A DNA stretch of 64,000 nt from Treponema sp. UBA4692 (GCA_002404895.1 DHKO01000012.1:4336-68335), one strand, 5' to 3'; positions 46,852-57,208 are shown, counted from the stretch's first letter. The notes: generated from the letters alone by a model not told the origin. Program-made: numbers and translations.

Positions 46852-47565
46852 ATGAATAAGATTATTTCAAAAATCCGTGTCGCGGAGTTGGACACGCTTT
46901 CTGACGTTCTTGTGCGTCTGTACAAGGATTCTTCTGGCGGTGAGTCTGCCATTTCAAAGGACGCGAACCTTTCGCTCATCATGGCGGATGTGGAGCGTCT
47001 TTCTGCTGAAATCACCACGGCAATCAAGAGCGACCGTGTCTCAAGCACTCTTGACGAGGCGGACATTGCGCGCGACGAGATTATCCGGAACTTGGGCGAC
47101 GCGCTCACAGGCTACGCGGCGATTCCTGTCGCGGCGAAAAAGGCTGCGGCGCAGAATCTTCTTGCGGTCTTCAGCAAGTACGGAAGGCAGATTACGCAGA
47201 AAAACTTTGCCGAGGAGTCCTCGCTGATTGAAAGCATGCTTGAGGACTTCGGAGCGGAAAGCCTTGCTTCTGACATTGCGGCGCTGGACGGCGTGGGCGA
47301 GCTTATTTCAGAATTGAGAGAGGCTCAGGACAGCTTCAACAAGGCGAACGACGACTTTACGAACGCGAGCGTGAACAAGAGCGAGAGCGCGACATCGGTA
47401 AAGAAAAGCCTGATTTCTGTGCTGAACGACAAGCTCGTGCCGTATCTTTCTGCGGTTGCCCCTCTTGCGGACTACAAGGACTTTGCCTCAAAGTGCGAGG
47501 CTGAAATCACAAAGGCGAACGCGACCGTAAGCACAAGAGCAAAAACAACTGAAAAAGCTGAATAA
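46852..47565 (+). CDS. DUF6261-like (HagB/HagC-type) all-helical protein
   Basis: AAGGAGG SD; DEADIARD..KYG..EESSLIESML..ELREAQDSF pattern. Confidence 0.65.
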   Translation: MNKIISKIRVAELDTLSDVLVRLYKDSSGGESAISKDANLSLIMADVERLSAEITTAIKSDRVSSTLDEADIARDEIIRNLGDALTGYAAIPVAAKKAAAQNLLAVFSKYGRQITQKNFAEESSLIESMLEDFGAESLASDIAALDGVGELISELREAQDSFNKANDDFTNASVNKSESATSVKKSLISVLNDKLVPYLSAVAPLADYKDFASKCEAEITKANATVSTRAKTTEKAE

Positions 47566-47589
47566 TTTTTGTGATATAACAAGATGACA

Positions 47590-47613
47590 AAGCGGAGCAT
47601 GAAAGCTCCGCTT
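47590..47613. terminator. Intrinsic terminator
   Basis: AAGCGGAGC-ATGAAA-GCTCCGCTT followed by T-rich tract. Confidence 0.75.
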
Positions 47614-47625
47614 TTCTTTCATTCC

Positions 47626-47905
47626 CTACTCATACTTCCATTCGCTCGCCTTGAGCTGGGTGGAAATCATTTTGCTGTAGATTCTGCCTTTTTCGCGCAG
47701 CTCCGCAGGGCTTCCCTGCTCGGCCACAACGCCGTCTTTCAGCACTACAATCTTGTCCGCGCCGTCAACCGTCCGCATTCTGTGGGCGATGATTAAGACG
47801 GTCTTGTTCTTTATCAGCCGGGAAAGAGATTCCTGAACCAGAGTCTCGTTGTCAACATCAAGGCTCGCGGTCGCCTCGTCGAGCAAAATTATCGGGGCGT
47901 TTTTC
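47626..47905 (-). pseudogene. 3' remnant of an ABC transporter ATPase
   Basis: KNAPIILLDEATASLD..IIAHRM; no Walker A or TM part upstream. Confidence 0.8.
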
Positions 47906-47962
47906 GTGTGTTTCGTATTTGTCTTTTAAAACGGAACGTAAAATTCAGGGAATATCAAAAAT

Positions 47963-49291
47963 CTAAATCAGTTCTTCGAGAAACTGGTTCAAAAAAAGGA
48001 TTCCGCGCCGGTTAAGAAAATAAATTGTGTCGTCTCCGCGTTTTTCAGCGCAGGCGAGCCGCTTTTTCTTCCAGCGGGCAAAAACGGCGTTTTCAGCTCC
48101 AATCCGCTCTTCAAGATGTTTCCCAAAACGCTCAAAAAAGTCTTTCGATGAAACGCCTTTTGTCATACGAAATCCAGTCATCAAAAATTCAAATTCAAGC
48201 GTTTCTTCATCAAGATTTTCTGTTTTCCTGATTTTCTGAAATTCGTTTGAGAAACTTTCAGGAGATTCAGGCTTTTCATTGTCTTTCAGCCCAAATTTAT
48301 CAGAATTAAAACTCTGCTTTTTTCCATCTTTTAATCCGAAACTTAATTCGAAATCTTTAGAGCCAAAAATCCGGCTTTTTTCAAACTTCTCCCAAAAATC
48401 AACGTAGGCGGCAACAGAAAGCGTGTTTGTCCAGCGAAGCGCAGTTTTAGAGTCAAAATCATAGACAGTTCCGACAGCCCCGCTTCCGGCTCCAATATAA
48501 TTTTTCTGCTTCCAGTAAGAAGAATTGTGGACACTTTCAAAGCCCGGCCGCGCGAAATTTGAAATCTCGTACTGAAAAAATCCTTTTTTCTCCAAGATGT
48601 TTCTGCCAAAAATCCACATCTTGTCGGCCTTGTCCTGCGAGAATCTCACTTTTCCGTCTTCAATTTTCTTCCATAAAGGCGTGTTTTCTTCAACAGTCAG
48701 CGTGTAAAGCGAAACGTGGTCGATTTTCTTAAAGTCATCGAGAATCTTAAACTGACTTTCAAAAGACTTGTAAGTTTGCCCCGGAAGCCCGGCGATAAAA
48801 TCAACACTAAGCCTTCCATTCCAGAATTTTCCAAGAAGAGAAAGCGCGTTCAAGACCGTTTTCACGTCGCTTTTCCGGTTCACGGCACGCAAAGCCTTGT
48901 CATCAAGAGCCTGAATTCCCATAGAAATCCTGTTCGCGCCCGCTTTTTCAAGGATTCTGATTTTTTCTTCCGAAACATTTTCAGGATTCACTTCAACCGT
49001 GATTTCGCATTTTTCAGGATTCAGAGCAATTTTAAAAACGCCGCTTATCAAGTCAAAAAGCTGGTTTCCGCTTAAAATTCCCGGAGTTCCGCCGCCAAGA
49101 TAAATTGACCGCCAGCGTTCTATCTCGTAAAGCTCCGCGTAAAAACGCGCCTCGTTCAAAACCGCACTGATATAGCCGTCTGAAACATCGTTCTGCTTGC
49201 CCTTGCGGTCTTTTTCGGCAATGCTGAAAAAATCGCAGTAGTCGCATTTCTGGCGGCAAAAAGGAATGTGAATGTAAAGGGAAGAATTCAT
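47963..49291 (-). CDS. hemW: Radical SAM heme chaperone HemW
   Basis: YIHIPFCRQKCDYCDF, YEISNFA, HNSSYW. Confidence 0.88.
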   Translation of the reverse strand: MNSSLYIHIPFCRQKCDYCDFFSIAEKDRKGKQNDVSDGYISAVLNEARFYAELYEIERWRSIYLGGGTPGILSGNQLFDLISGVFKIALNPEKCEITVEVNPENVSEEKIRILEKAGANRISMGIQALDDKALRAVNRKSDVKTVLNALSLLGKFWNGRLSVDFIAGLPGQTYKSFESQFKILDDFKKIDHVSLYTLTVEENTPLWKKIEDGKVRFSQDKADKMWIFGRNILEKKGFFQYEISNFARPGFESVHNSSYWKQKNYIGAGSGAVGTVYDFDSKTALRWTNTLSVAAYVDFWEKFEKSRIFGSKDFELSFGLKDGKKQSFNSDKFGLKDNEKPESPESFSNEFQKIRKTENLDEETLEFEFLMTGFRMTKGVSSKDFFERFGKHLEERIGAENAVFARWKKKRLACAEKRGDDTIYFLNRRGILFLNQFLEELI

Positions 49292-49297
49292 TAAAAA

Positions 49298-49996
49298 TTA
49301 GAAAATCTTGAACTTGTTGAAAGGAAAATAAAGCAGCAAAACCTTTCCTTTGATTTTCTGCTGCTTTACAGGTCCCCACACGCGCGAGTCAACGGCGGAA
49401 ATTCTCTTGTCTCCGAGAACAAAATATTCGTCGTCGGCAAGCGTGATTTTTTTGACTGAAGATTTCGCGCCAAGTTCCACATCCCATCCGGCAGGCGGAA
49501 CCAAGACCTCAACGTTGTATTTTTTCTTGATGACTTCAAATTCCGTAAGAAAATGCGAGTCTGACTTTGATTTTATAAAGACAACATAGCGGTCAATGTA
49601 GATTGTGTCGCCTGGAAGCCCGATAACACGGCGCATTACAGGCTTTGAGCCTTCGCCAGCATTGTCCGTGAAAGGCTTCCACTGCCGCGCAGTAAAAAAC
49701 AGGCAGATATTGTTTATGACTTTTTTCGGAACGGAAATTTTCTTCTGCTCATAATTCTGGACAAGAACGACATCTCCGCGCGAAGGGCTTTTCAAAAGCG
49801 GAGCGACAAATTCAAAGCTGTTTGCAGGAATGTCTGAAGCCATCGAGTCCGACTTGCTGCAGACAGGATACAAGACAAAAGACATAAAAAGCGACACGGC
49901 AAGAATCACAAGAATCACAATTCCTGAAACAGAAAAGATTTTGCTGTAAAGCTCTTTCCGCATTTTATAAGAAACAGCGTAAATATTGTTGTCCAT
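49298..49996 (-). CDS. lepB: Signal peptidase I family protein
   Basis: SDSM, RRVIGLPGD, GDKR..DSRVWG; catalytic Lys appears to be Arg. Confidence 0.8.
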   Translation of the reverse strand: MDNNIYAVSYKMRKELYSKIFSVSGIVILVILAVSLFMSFVLYPVCSKSDSMASDIPANSFEFVAPLLKSPSRGDVVLVQNYEQKKISVPKKVINNICLFFTARQWKPFTDNAGEGSKPVMRRVIGLPGDTIYIDRYVVFIKSKSDSHFLTEFEVIKKKYNVEVLVPPAGWDVELGAKSSVKKITLADDEYFVLGDKRISAVDSRVWGPVKQQKIKGKVLLLYFPFNKFKIF

Positions 49997-50088
49997 AAGA
50001 TTCCTAAAACAAGAAATTTTTCTTCTAAGGATAACGATTCATCGTCTTACTTGCAAGGCGAAGTTTTAACGTCTATAATTTTCGGATT

Positions 50089-50553
50089 ATGGCGGAAAAT
50101 GTAAAAATCATCGCGCAGAACAAGAAAGCAAGATTCGATTATTTTGTCGAGGAAAAATATGAGTGCGGCGTTGAGCTTGAAGGAACGGAAGTTAAGTCCG
50201 TGAAAAACGGAAATCTGTCCTTTCCAGACTCTTTTGCCGAAATTATAAACGGCGAAGTATGGATGCGTAATTTCCATATTTCAGAATACAAATTCTCATC
50301 GATTTTCAACCACGACCCGGACCGCAAGAAAAAGCTTCTCCTTCACAAGGAAGAAATCAAGCGGCTTCAAAGAAAAATCGACGAGAAAGGATTCACGCTC
50401 ATTCCTTTGGATGTCTATCTAAATAAAGGAAGGGTGAAAATCACGCTCGGAGTCTGCAAGGGCAAAAAGCAGTTCGACAAGAGAGAAACAATAAAGCAGC
50501 GAGACCTCGACCGCGAGATGTCAAGAGATTTCAGGCACGGCCTTAACGGCTGA
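50089..50553 (+). CDS. smpB: SsrA-binding protein
   Basis: NKKARFDY, GTEVKS, KLLLHKEEI, GKKQFDKR. Confidence 0.97.
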   Translation: MAENVKIIAQNKKARFDYFVEEKYECGVELEGTEVKSVKNGNLSFPDSFAEIINGEVWMRNFHISEYKFSSIFNHDPDRKKKLLLHKEEIKRLQRKIDEKGFTLIPLDVYLNKGRVKITLGVCKGKKQFDKRETIKQRDLDREMSRDFRHGLNG

Positions 50554-50592
50554 TTTTACCTGAACCGTGCTTCTTGGGATTTGTTTTATTTG

Positions 50593-51471
50593 ATGAAGAG
50601 TTTTAGCTTAAAGAAACATACAAAAAAATTTCTGCTCTCCCTGTTTTTTTCAACAACGCTTCTTGCGGCGCAAAGCCTTCAAGTTGACTATTACGGCGTT
50701 GTCTCTTCATCGGCGGACTCCAATATGCTTAAAATGGCGCAGGACGTTTTCTACACGCAGCTGAAATCAATCGACAGCATTATCGTAATTGACAAGCGTC
50801 CTGACCTTTCAAAAACTCTCAGCTCAATTCCAGAGCCGGACGCAGAATCATCGAGAATCGCATTCTACGCGGAAATCATCGAGGAGCAGAATTCAGCCGG
50901 GAAACCTGTCTGGAACTGCAAATTCGACGCCGTAACTCCAAGGGACGGAATCACGCACAGCAAAAGCGAAGTTTTCGAGTCCTACTACAAGATTCTCGTG
51001 AACGCGAAAAACTCGATAGAAGCCGTCTTGAACGAGCTTCGAGGCCCGCAGAAATACATTGAGGACGCAGACAGCGAGAATCTCGCGGGAAACAGAAACT
51101 CAAGCATAAACATCGAGTCGCTCGCAGGAACATGGACAGGCGAGCCTTTCACAGACAAAATCATAATTCTCCGCGGCGGGAGAGGATTTGTGGTCTACAA
51201 GAACGGCGCCACAATGAACATCAGGATTATCGCAGGCAAAAGCGACTCAGAAATCGAAGTGAGACAGGCAGGACGGGCGAACGCATCGTTCTTCACGGAA
51301 ATTCCGCGCGAGACCGCCCTTTTGTATGCGCCGTCTGCAAATCCAATCGTCTGGAACTTGAAAATCACATCGCAAAACACGCTTGAAGGCACAAAGACAA
51401 CGCTCATCACCGAAAACGGCGGCGCAAGCGCGAAAGAAGGAAAAATCAGCACGGTCTGGACAAGAAAATAA
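50593..51471 (+). CDS. Exported treponemal conserved protein (TP0183-like)
   Basis: Signal peptide; LAGTWTGE..IIILRGGRG; follows smpB. Confidence 0.6.
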   Translation: MKSFSLKKHTKKFLLSLFFSTTLLAAQSLQVDYYGVVSSSADSNMLKMAQDVFYTQLKSIDSIIVIDKRPDLSKTLSSIPEPDAESSRIAFYAEIIEEQNSAGKPVWNCKFDAVTPRDGITHSKSEVFESYYKILVNAKNSIEAVLNELRGPQKYIEDADSENLAGNRNSSINIESLAGTWTGEPFTDKIIILRGGRGFVVYKNGATMNIRIIAGKSDSEIEVRQAGRANASFFTEIPRETALLYAPSANPIVWNLKITSQNTLEGTKTTLITENGGASAKEGKISTVWTRK

Positions 51472-51580
51472 ACTAAAAAGATAAAACCGCCACGCACTGA
51501 AATTGAACTGGGCAACGCATGGCAAAACGCCACGAGCAAAAAATGAATCAGCGAACGAATGGCAAAACGCCGAAAAAACC

Positions 51581-51700
51581 GTCATGCTGAATTTATTTCA
51601 GCATCTTTTCATAGATTCCGAATCAAGTTCGGAATGACATCATTGAATTTTACGGATTCCGAAATCAATCAGTTTTCTTCTCATCTTGACTTCGGAATGA
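51581..51700. repeat. REP-like palindromic cluster
   Basis: GTCATGCTGAATTTATTTCAGCAT..ATTCCGAATCAAGTTCGGAATGAC plus a degenerate copy. Confidence 0.65.
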
Positions 51701-51882
51701 ATCATTAGATTCTGAACTCACGCAGTCTTCCGTTCGCCTAAAATTCGGAAACGGCTCTGATTTTTTATCTCAATGAAAATAAAATCTCAAAAACACAAAA
51801 TGCCGAAAACTAAAAACCGCTTAAAACTTCGTGCAAAGAGAAAAATCCCGCCCGCAATTCACGCAGAAACCGACATCTAATC

Positions 51883-52467
51883 CTAATTCAGATGAATCTG
51901 CCCCTGACGAAGGACGTTCACTTTTCCGCTCTCGTCAATCGCGACAATTGTTGAAGGAACGCCGCCTTTTTTATCTCCGTCGTCAACAATCAGCTCAACT
52001 TCCTTTCCAAACTCGCTTTTTATCTGCTGAATATTGTCAAGCACAGGGCTTCCGCTCCGGTTCACGCTTGTAGAATAAATCGGCGCGCCGCAGATTGAAA
52101 TAACTTTTCTGAGCCACTCGTCTCCAGGACAGCGGAACGCGGTCGTCTCAAAATTTCCGTCCTCGGCAAAAGTATGCACGATAATCGTAAGAGGCCCCGG
52201 CCAGTAGGAAAGAATCTCCCCGGGAACAACATCTCTCGTGTATTTTTTCAAGTCTTCAGGACGGGCAATAAGCTGGATAAAATGCTTGTTCTCTTCCCTG
52301 CCCTTTATCTCCATGATTTTTCTATCTGTATGATAAGAATAATGTCTTCCGTCAACAATTCCGGAAAAACCATAAACAGTGTCGGTCGGGAGAACCACGA
52401 CTTTTCCACGGCGAATGTAATCCGCAGCGATTTGAGCGGACACATCATCAGACTTGCGGCAAATCAT
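51883..52467 (-). CDS. tsaC: L-threonylcarbamoyladenylate synthase (Sua5/TsaC)
   Basis: PTDTVYG, KGR, WPGPLT, STSVNRSG, PSTIV, LRQG. Confidence 0.93.
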   Translation of the reverse strand: MICRKSDDVSAQIAADYIRRGKVVVLPTDTVYGFSGIVDGRHYSYHTDRKIMEIKGREENKHFIQLIARPEDLKKYTRDVVPGEILSYWPGPLTIIVHTFAEDGNFETTAFRCPGDEWLRKVISICGAPIYSTSVNRSGSPVLDNIQQIKSEFGKEVELIVDDGDKKGGVPSTIVAIDESGKVNVLRQGQIHLN

Positions 52468-52939
52468 AAATCGGTATTCCTTTCATATCAATTTTCTTGT
52501 TTTCAGATTCTTTATTCTTGTAATCTTTCAGGATTATGTAAAGACACGCGACAAAAAACATCAGAATTCCGGAGATTTTGCAGAACCACTCGGGAAGAGT
52601 CTTCGGGCTTATATATTTTACTGGAGTTCCTGTCTCAAAATGATAGTCGCCGCTTTGGACAAGGCCGTTTATTTTCACAAGTTTCTCGCCGTCACGCACA
52701 TAGCCCATTTTTCTCGCGAAGCCCGCAATCACGTCCGGGTCTTTTTCGAGGGCTGTAACTTCAAGAGAAAGGCTGTCGTTGAGCTTTTGAATTTCGTCGG
52801 CACGCGCGCTTAAAATTCTTTTCTGTTCCCTAAGCTGCTCGTCTGCCCAAAGGCCGTCGCTTCCGCACGTCAAAGAAACAAGAACATATATTGCGGTTCC
52901 TGCAAGAGCAGCTGCAAGAAATTTAAACACTTTTAGCAT
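52448..52939 (-). CDS. Septum formation initiator (FtsB/DivIC) family protein
   Basis: TM, G..GL, coiled coil, ARKMGYVRDGE. Confidence 0.75.
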   Translation of the reverse strand: MLKVFKFLAAALAGTAIYVLVSLTCGSDGLWADEQLREQKRILSARADEIQKLNDSLSLEVTALEKDPDVIAGFARKMGYVRDGEKLVKINGLVQSGDYHFETGTPVKYISPKTLPEWFCKISGILMFFVACLYIILKDYKNKESENKKIDMKGIPIYDLPQV

Positions 52940-52949
52940 GATGATAAAA

Positions 52950-52976
52950 ATATCGGCAGAAGTTCCAAATTCTTAA
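52950..52976 (-). promoter_or_regulatory. sigma28-like promoter
   Basis: TTAA-15-GCCGATAT just upstream of the ftsB-like ATG. Confidence 0.45.
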
Positions 52977-53123
52977 AAGCAAGTTAAGGGCAATTTTCCG
53001 AATTTTCCCCGACTTTTCAATTCAACAGCCGAGTGATAAAATAACTATTGTTTTGAAAATAATATGTCGATATAAAACAAGACTAAAAATATTTTCTTTT
53101 CTTAAAAACAAAGGGGAAAGCTC

Positions 53124-56100
53124 ATGAGTGAATCGAACAAGTCAGACAAGACACAAGAATTAGACAACTATGGAGTCTGGGTGAAAAAGCCGCCGCGGAC
53201 AGTCTCGTCAGAAGCGGATTCCGAATTCAATGTTGTTGACAACACGCCGTTTGATTCAGGAGACAAGGCTCTCACAGCGGATGAGCTTTCCGCGCTGACC
53301 GCCCCAAGCGATTTCTCAACTGAAAACACAAGCGCAGACACTTTACATTCAGAACCTGGAGAGAATGCGATGAACACGATGAACGAAATGGAAGACATCG
53401 ATATTGACTCATTCATGGACGGAGCCGACTTTTCAGGTGGAGAAGCAGGCGACACAAAAGAGCAGAAAACAGAAGCAAATCCGGCAGCAAACGAGACAGA
53501 AGATGTCTCGCTCGATGAATTCCTTGACGGAGGAGTTTTTGAAAGCGATGACGGAGGCTCGGCCGCTTCAGAAAAGTCAGAAATGGAGGCGAAAGAAAAA
53601 GCTGCAAACAGCGCGGCAAATTCAAGCATTCCTGAATTTTCAGTTTCAGACGACTTTTCACCAGCTGACGGCATCACAGTTTCAGACGCAGAGCCGGTGT
53701 CATCTCAAAATTCTTTTGCAGATGACGCTCCGCTCGACATCGACCTTTCTTTTGACGACGCTCCGGCAGCAGACTCATCAACTGAAACAGCCGCGGAAAG
53801 TTCCGCATCTTCCGAGCCTGAATTTGAGACAATCGCTTTGGACTCATTTGACGCGCCAGCCTCAGAAAACTCAGGAATCGCGTCTGCTTCTTCCGCTCCA
53901 ACAACATTCTCAGACGGAAGCGAAAGCGTAGACTTGTCAGAATTTGGATTCGACATCAACGCGCCGGAATCTTCAAGCGAAAACGAAAGCAGCGAGACAG
54001 AAGAAAAAAAGGAAGAATCCTCATCTCCAGCAAGCGGAGAAACAGAAGAAGTTGACCTCTCAGAATTCGGCTTTGACATCAACGCGCCGGAATCCACAGA
54101 CGATGAAACAGAAACAAAAGAAGACTCAACCACTGCCGAAGAAGAAAAAACTCTCGCGGAGAAAAGCGAGCCTGCTAAAACAGAACTTCCAGAGCAAGCG
54201 CAGGCAGAAGACATTTCTTTTGAGGAAATTCCTTCGCTTGACGAAAACGGCAAACAAAATGAGGCGGAAACAGATTTAGGCTCAATTTCTTTTGACGAGC
54301 CGGCGGTTTCAGAAGAGACATCTCTTGAATCTAATGAACCTGAAAATAAGGAGCCGGAAGTTGCAGAGTTCTCAGAGCCTGTAATTGCAGAAACTTCGGT
54401 TCAGGAAGACGAAATTCCGCCGCTTTCTAATGAAGAAAAAATTCCAGAGGAAGATATAAAGCAGGAAAGCATTGACGTTCTCGATATTGACGCGCCTTCA
54501 AGCGAGATTCCTGACTCATTCGACGAGGAGACGGCGTCGCTTTTTGCGGACGAGCCTGAAGCGACTATTGTTGAGCAGGGCGAGCCTGTCTTTGAGGAGA
54601 CTTCGGTTGATATTTCGGAGATTCCAGAGCCAGTTTCTGACTCGGTTTCCGTTCCGGCAGCGGAAGAAAAAACAGACGACTCAAATCCGTTCACGCTTCC
54701 GCCTGACGATGCTTTTGCTAATCAGAAAATCGAAAGCGAAATTCCAGCCACGCAAGAAAACAACTTTGTCTCAGCAGAACCAGTTTTTGAAGAGCCGGAA
54801 GACAAAGAAACGAACGTTTCAGAAACAGAATCGGTCATGCCAGAAGAGCCTACATCAGCCGCGCCAGCGGAAACTAAAGACGTTCCGGCAACGCCAACAT
54901 CAGAAGAAAAAATTGCTGACGCGACAGCCGGAAAAGACGCGGAAATTGCAGCTTCAACGAACAGCATTTTAAGCCAGATTGTCTCAGAGCTTGCCTCGCT
55001 CAAAAGCGAAATTTCAGGACTTAGAAATGAATTTGAGGAAATCAAGTCGAAAGAAGCCGCAGCTCCGACAGAATCGCCTGATGAAAAAGAAGAGAGCACA
55101 GGATTTTTCAGCGAGAACGGTGAGGACGACACAATCGCTCTTTCTGTGGACGAGCTTGACAACATTCTCAACAATGCAGAAATGGTCAACGAGGAGCCGG
55201 ACGATTCTAAGAAAGACGAAATTTCTGAGCCGGCTGCAAAAGACACGGCAGAAACAGAAAATCCAGCCGAAGAAAAGTTCGAAGAGCCTGAAATCAGCGA
55301 GCTTGAAGAGACAATTTCAGACGACGGGCAGAACGAGCTTCCAGATTATATTTCAGATGACGAAAGCAGCGACGCTCAAGATGATATTTTTGTTCCAAAA
55401 CCAAACGAGCAGCCAGAGACATCAGAGCCGAAACTAGAATCTGACGAGCCAGCGGAAGAAACTTTGCCGGAAGAAAATCAGAATGAATACATTCCAAGCG
55501 AAGACATTTCTTCTAATGAACTTACAAATGAAGAACCTGTTTCTGAAAACGCCGAGCCGGAACTTTCATCTGATGACCTTTCAATCGGTGATTTCTCATT
55601 CGATGACGGCGCGCAAGACGAGACATCTTCGGATTCAGTTCTCCCGAAAGAAGCAGAGCCAGTTGCAGCCGAGCCATCTGAAAGCGAAACGCGAACTACA
55701 GCCGAAAATGAAGCAGCAGACTCAGAACCCGACTCACAGAAAGAGAATCCTGCAGAACCTGAAATCGAAACAAACTCTCAGGAATCTGTTTTGGAATCAG
55801 CAGAACAGGAAGAGCAAAATGCGGAAACGCTCGAAGAATCGGCTATGCCGACAGAAAATGCTGAAATCAGCGAAGAGCCTGCAATTTCAGAAATCTCGAC
55901 CGAAAAAGCGGATGAAAGCACAATTGACGAGCCGTTTGACTTTGGAAATGAAAACACAGCCGACGACGAAGCAAAAAGCATCGCAATTTCAAATGACGAG
56001 CTTGAAAATCTTCTTGCGCCAGAGCCTTCAATCAGCGAGTCTCTCACAGACGCAAACTTGGATTATCTTGCTTCCGACGCGGAAATCGGCAAGGCTGAAA

Positions 56101-56282
56101 ACGCAGAAGAAAATCCGGCATCGTCAATTCCGGGAAATCTCCAGAAAGAAATCAAATCCGTGCTTTCTTACATGGATCAGCTTTTGGAAAATCTCCCTGA
56201 AGACAAAATCGCGGAATTTGCGCAGTCTGAGCAGTTTGAAACTTACAAAAAACTTTTCAAAGAACTCGGGCTCGACAAATAA
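53124..56282 (+). CDS. Very acidic, largely disordered 1052-aa protein
   Basis: E/D/S/P-rich; ordered ends (ELDNYGVWVK; IKSVLSYMDQLLENLPEDKI); central coiled coil. Confidence 0.85.
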   Translation: MSESNKSDKTQELDNYGVWVKKPPRTVSSEADSEFNVVDNTPFDSGDKALTADELSALTAPSDFSTENTSADTLHSEPGENAMNTMNEMEDIDIDSFMDGADFSGGEAGDTKEQKTEANPAANETEDVSLDEFLDGGVFESDDGGSAASEKSEMEAKEKAANSAANSSIPEFSVSDDFSPADGITVSDAEPVSSQNSFADDAPLDIDLSFDDAPAADSSTETAAESSASSEPEFETIALDSFDAPASENSGIASASSAPTTFSDGSESVDLSEFGFDINAPESSSENESSETEEKKEESSSPASGETEEVDLSEFGFDINAPESTDDETETKEDSTTAEEEKTLAEKSEPAKTELPEQAQAEDISFEEIPSLDENGKQNEAETDLGSISFDEPAVSEETSLESNEPENKEPEVAEFSEPVIAETSVQEDEIPPLSNEEKIPEEDIKQESIDVLDIDAPSSEIPDSFDEETASLFADEPEATIVEQGEPVFEETSVDISEIPEPVSDSVSVPAAEEKTDDSNPFTLPPDDAFANQKIESEIPATQENNFVSAEPVFEEPEDKETNVSETESVMPEEPTSAAPAETKDVPATPTSEEKIADATAGKDAEIAASTNSILSQIVSELASLKSEISGLRNEFEEIKSKEAAAPTESPDEKEESTGFFSENGEDDTIALSVDELDNILNNAEMVNEEPDDSKKDEISEPAAKDTAETENPAEEKFEEPEISELEETISDDGQNELPDYISDDESSDAQDDIFVPKPNEQPETSEPKLESDEPAEETLPEENQNEYIPSEDISSNELTNEEPVSENAEPELSSDDLSIGDFSFDDGAQDETSSDSVLPKEAEPVAAEPSESETRTTAENEAADSEPDSQKENPAEPEIETNSQESVLESAEQEEQNAETLEESAMPTENAEISEEPAISEISTEKADESTIDEPFDFGNENTADDEAKSIAISNDELENLLAPEPSISESLTDANLDYLASDAEIGKAENAEENPASSIPGNLQKEIKSVLSYMDQLLENLPEDKIAEFAQSEQFETYKKLFKELGLDK

Positions 56283-56308
56283 AAAGGCAATCTGAAAAGG
56301 AAAATCTG

Positions 56309-57205
56309 ATGGAAATCTTAAACGTTTCAGAAAATGAAGGTCTTCTCAACAAAGCGCAGGCGATTCTTGCGGAAATAACGCCGAAATTCTCAGTCTGGGC
56401 AAAACGTCTCGGCTACAAACGGGCAGGAATAATGTCGCCGCTTTCAACTTCGGAAGGCAATTTCTACTATATTACTGACAGTCTGGGAGTTAAAGCTGTT
56501 GAGATGGCGAGATTCCACGAATCAGAAGAATTTTGGAACGAGACGATTTCAAAGACATCTGAATGGCAATGTTTTTCATCGGATTTCAATGAGATTGAAA
56601 AATTTCGGCCGTTTTTCAGCGAGTCAGTTTTTGAAAGGATAAACAAGATTTTCTTTCTTCCATTCGGAGAGCGCGAGCGGCCTTATATTTTCATCACTGT
56701 CGAATTTACTGACGATGACGACTTGACGCTCGATGAAGCTTCAAAAACCGCAATTCAACTGAAAAACATCAAGGAATTCCAGAATCAAAGCAGCAAGCTT
56801 CTTGCAAAATTTGAAAAAAATATCGATTCGGGGCTGAAAATCTCTAACAGCAGGCTTTTCATTCTTTCGCTCCGCTCTTGGATTGAAGACGCGATTAAAT
56901 CTGTTGAATTTGAAAACAACGAAGTGAAAAACGCAGTGATTGAATCTATCGCGTCGTCTGCCTGCACAAAAATGAATCCTCTTTTCCGCTCGCCAAACTG
57001 CATTTCAAACGGAAAAAACGGCGAGGTCAAAATCGTGCTTTTTGCTCAGGACGACCCGGACGAGCAGCTTTTGGCGCACCACATCTCAAAAACCCTGCTT
57101 CCATTTTTGGAGACTCCAAGCTCCGGCGTTGTCAAGCCGACTTTTCTTCCTGCAGGAATTTGCCAAAACAAAAAAGGAACAGTCGCGTTCCTTTCTCAGG
57201 AATAA
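56309..57205 (+). CDS. Hypothetical protein
   Basis: Long ORF in operon. Confidence 0.75.
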   Translation: MEILNVSENEGLLNKAQAILAEITPKFSVWAKRLGYKRAGIMSPLSTSEGNFYYITDSLGVKAVEMARFHESEEFWNETISKTSEWQCFSSDFNEIEKFRPFFSESVFERINKIFFLPFGERERPYIFITVEFTDDDDLTLDEASKTAIQLKNIKEFQNQSSKLLAKFEKNIDSGLKISNSRLFILSLRSWIEDAIKSVEFENNEVKNAVIESIASSACTKMNPLFRSPNCISNGKNGEVKIVLFAQDDPDEQLLAHHISKTLLPFLETPSSGVVKPTFLPAGICQNKKGTVAFLSQE

Positions 57206-57208
57206 AAA

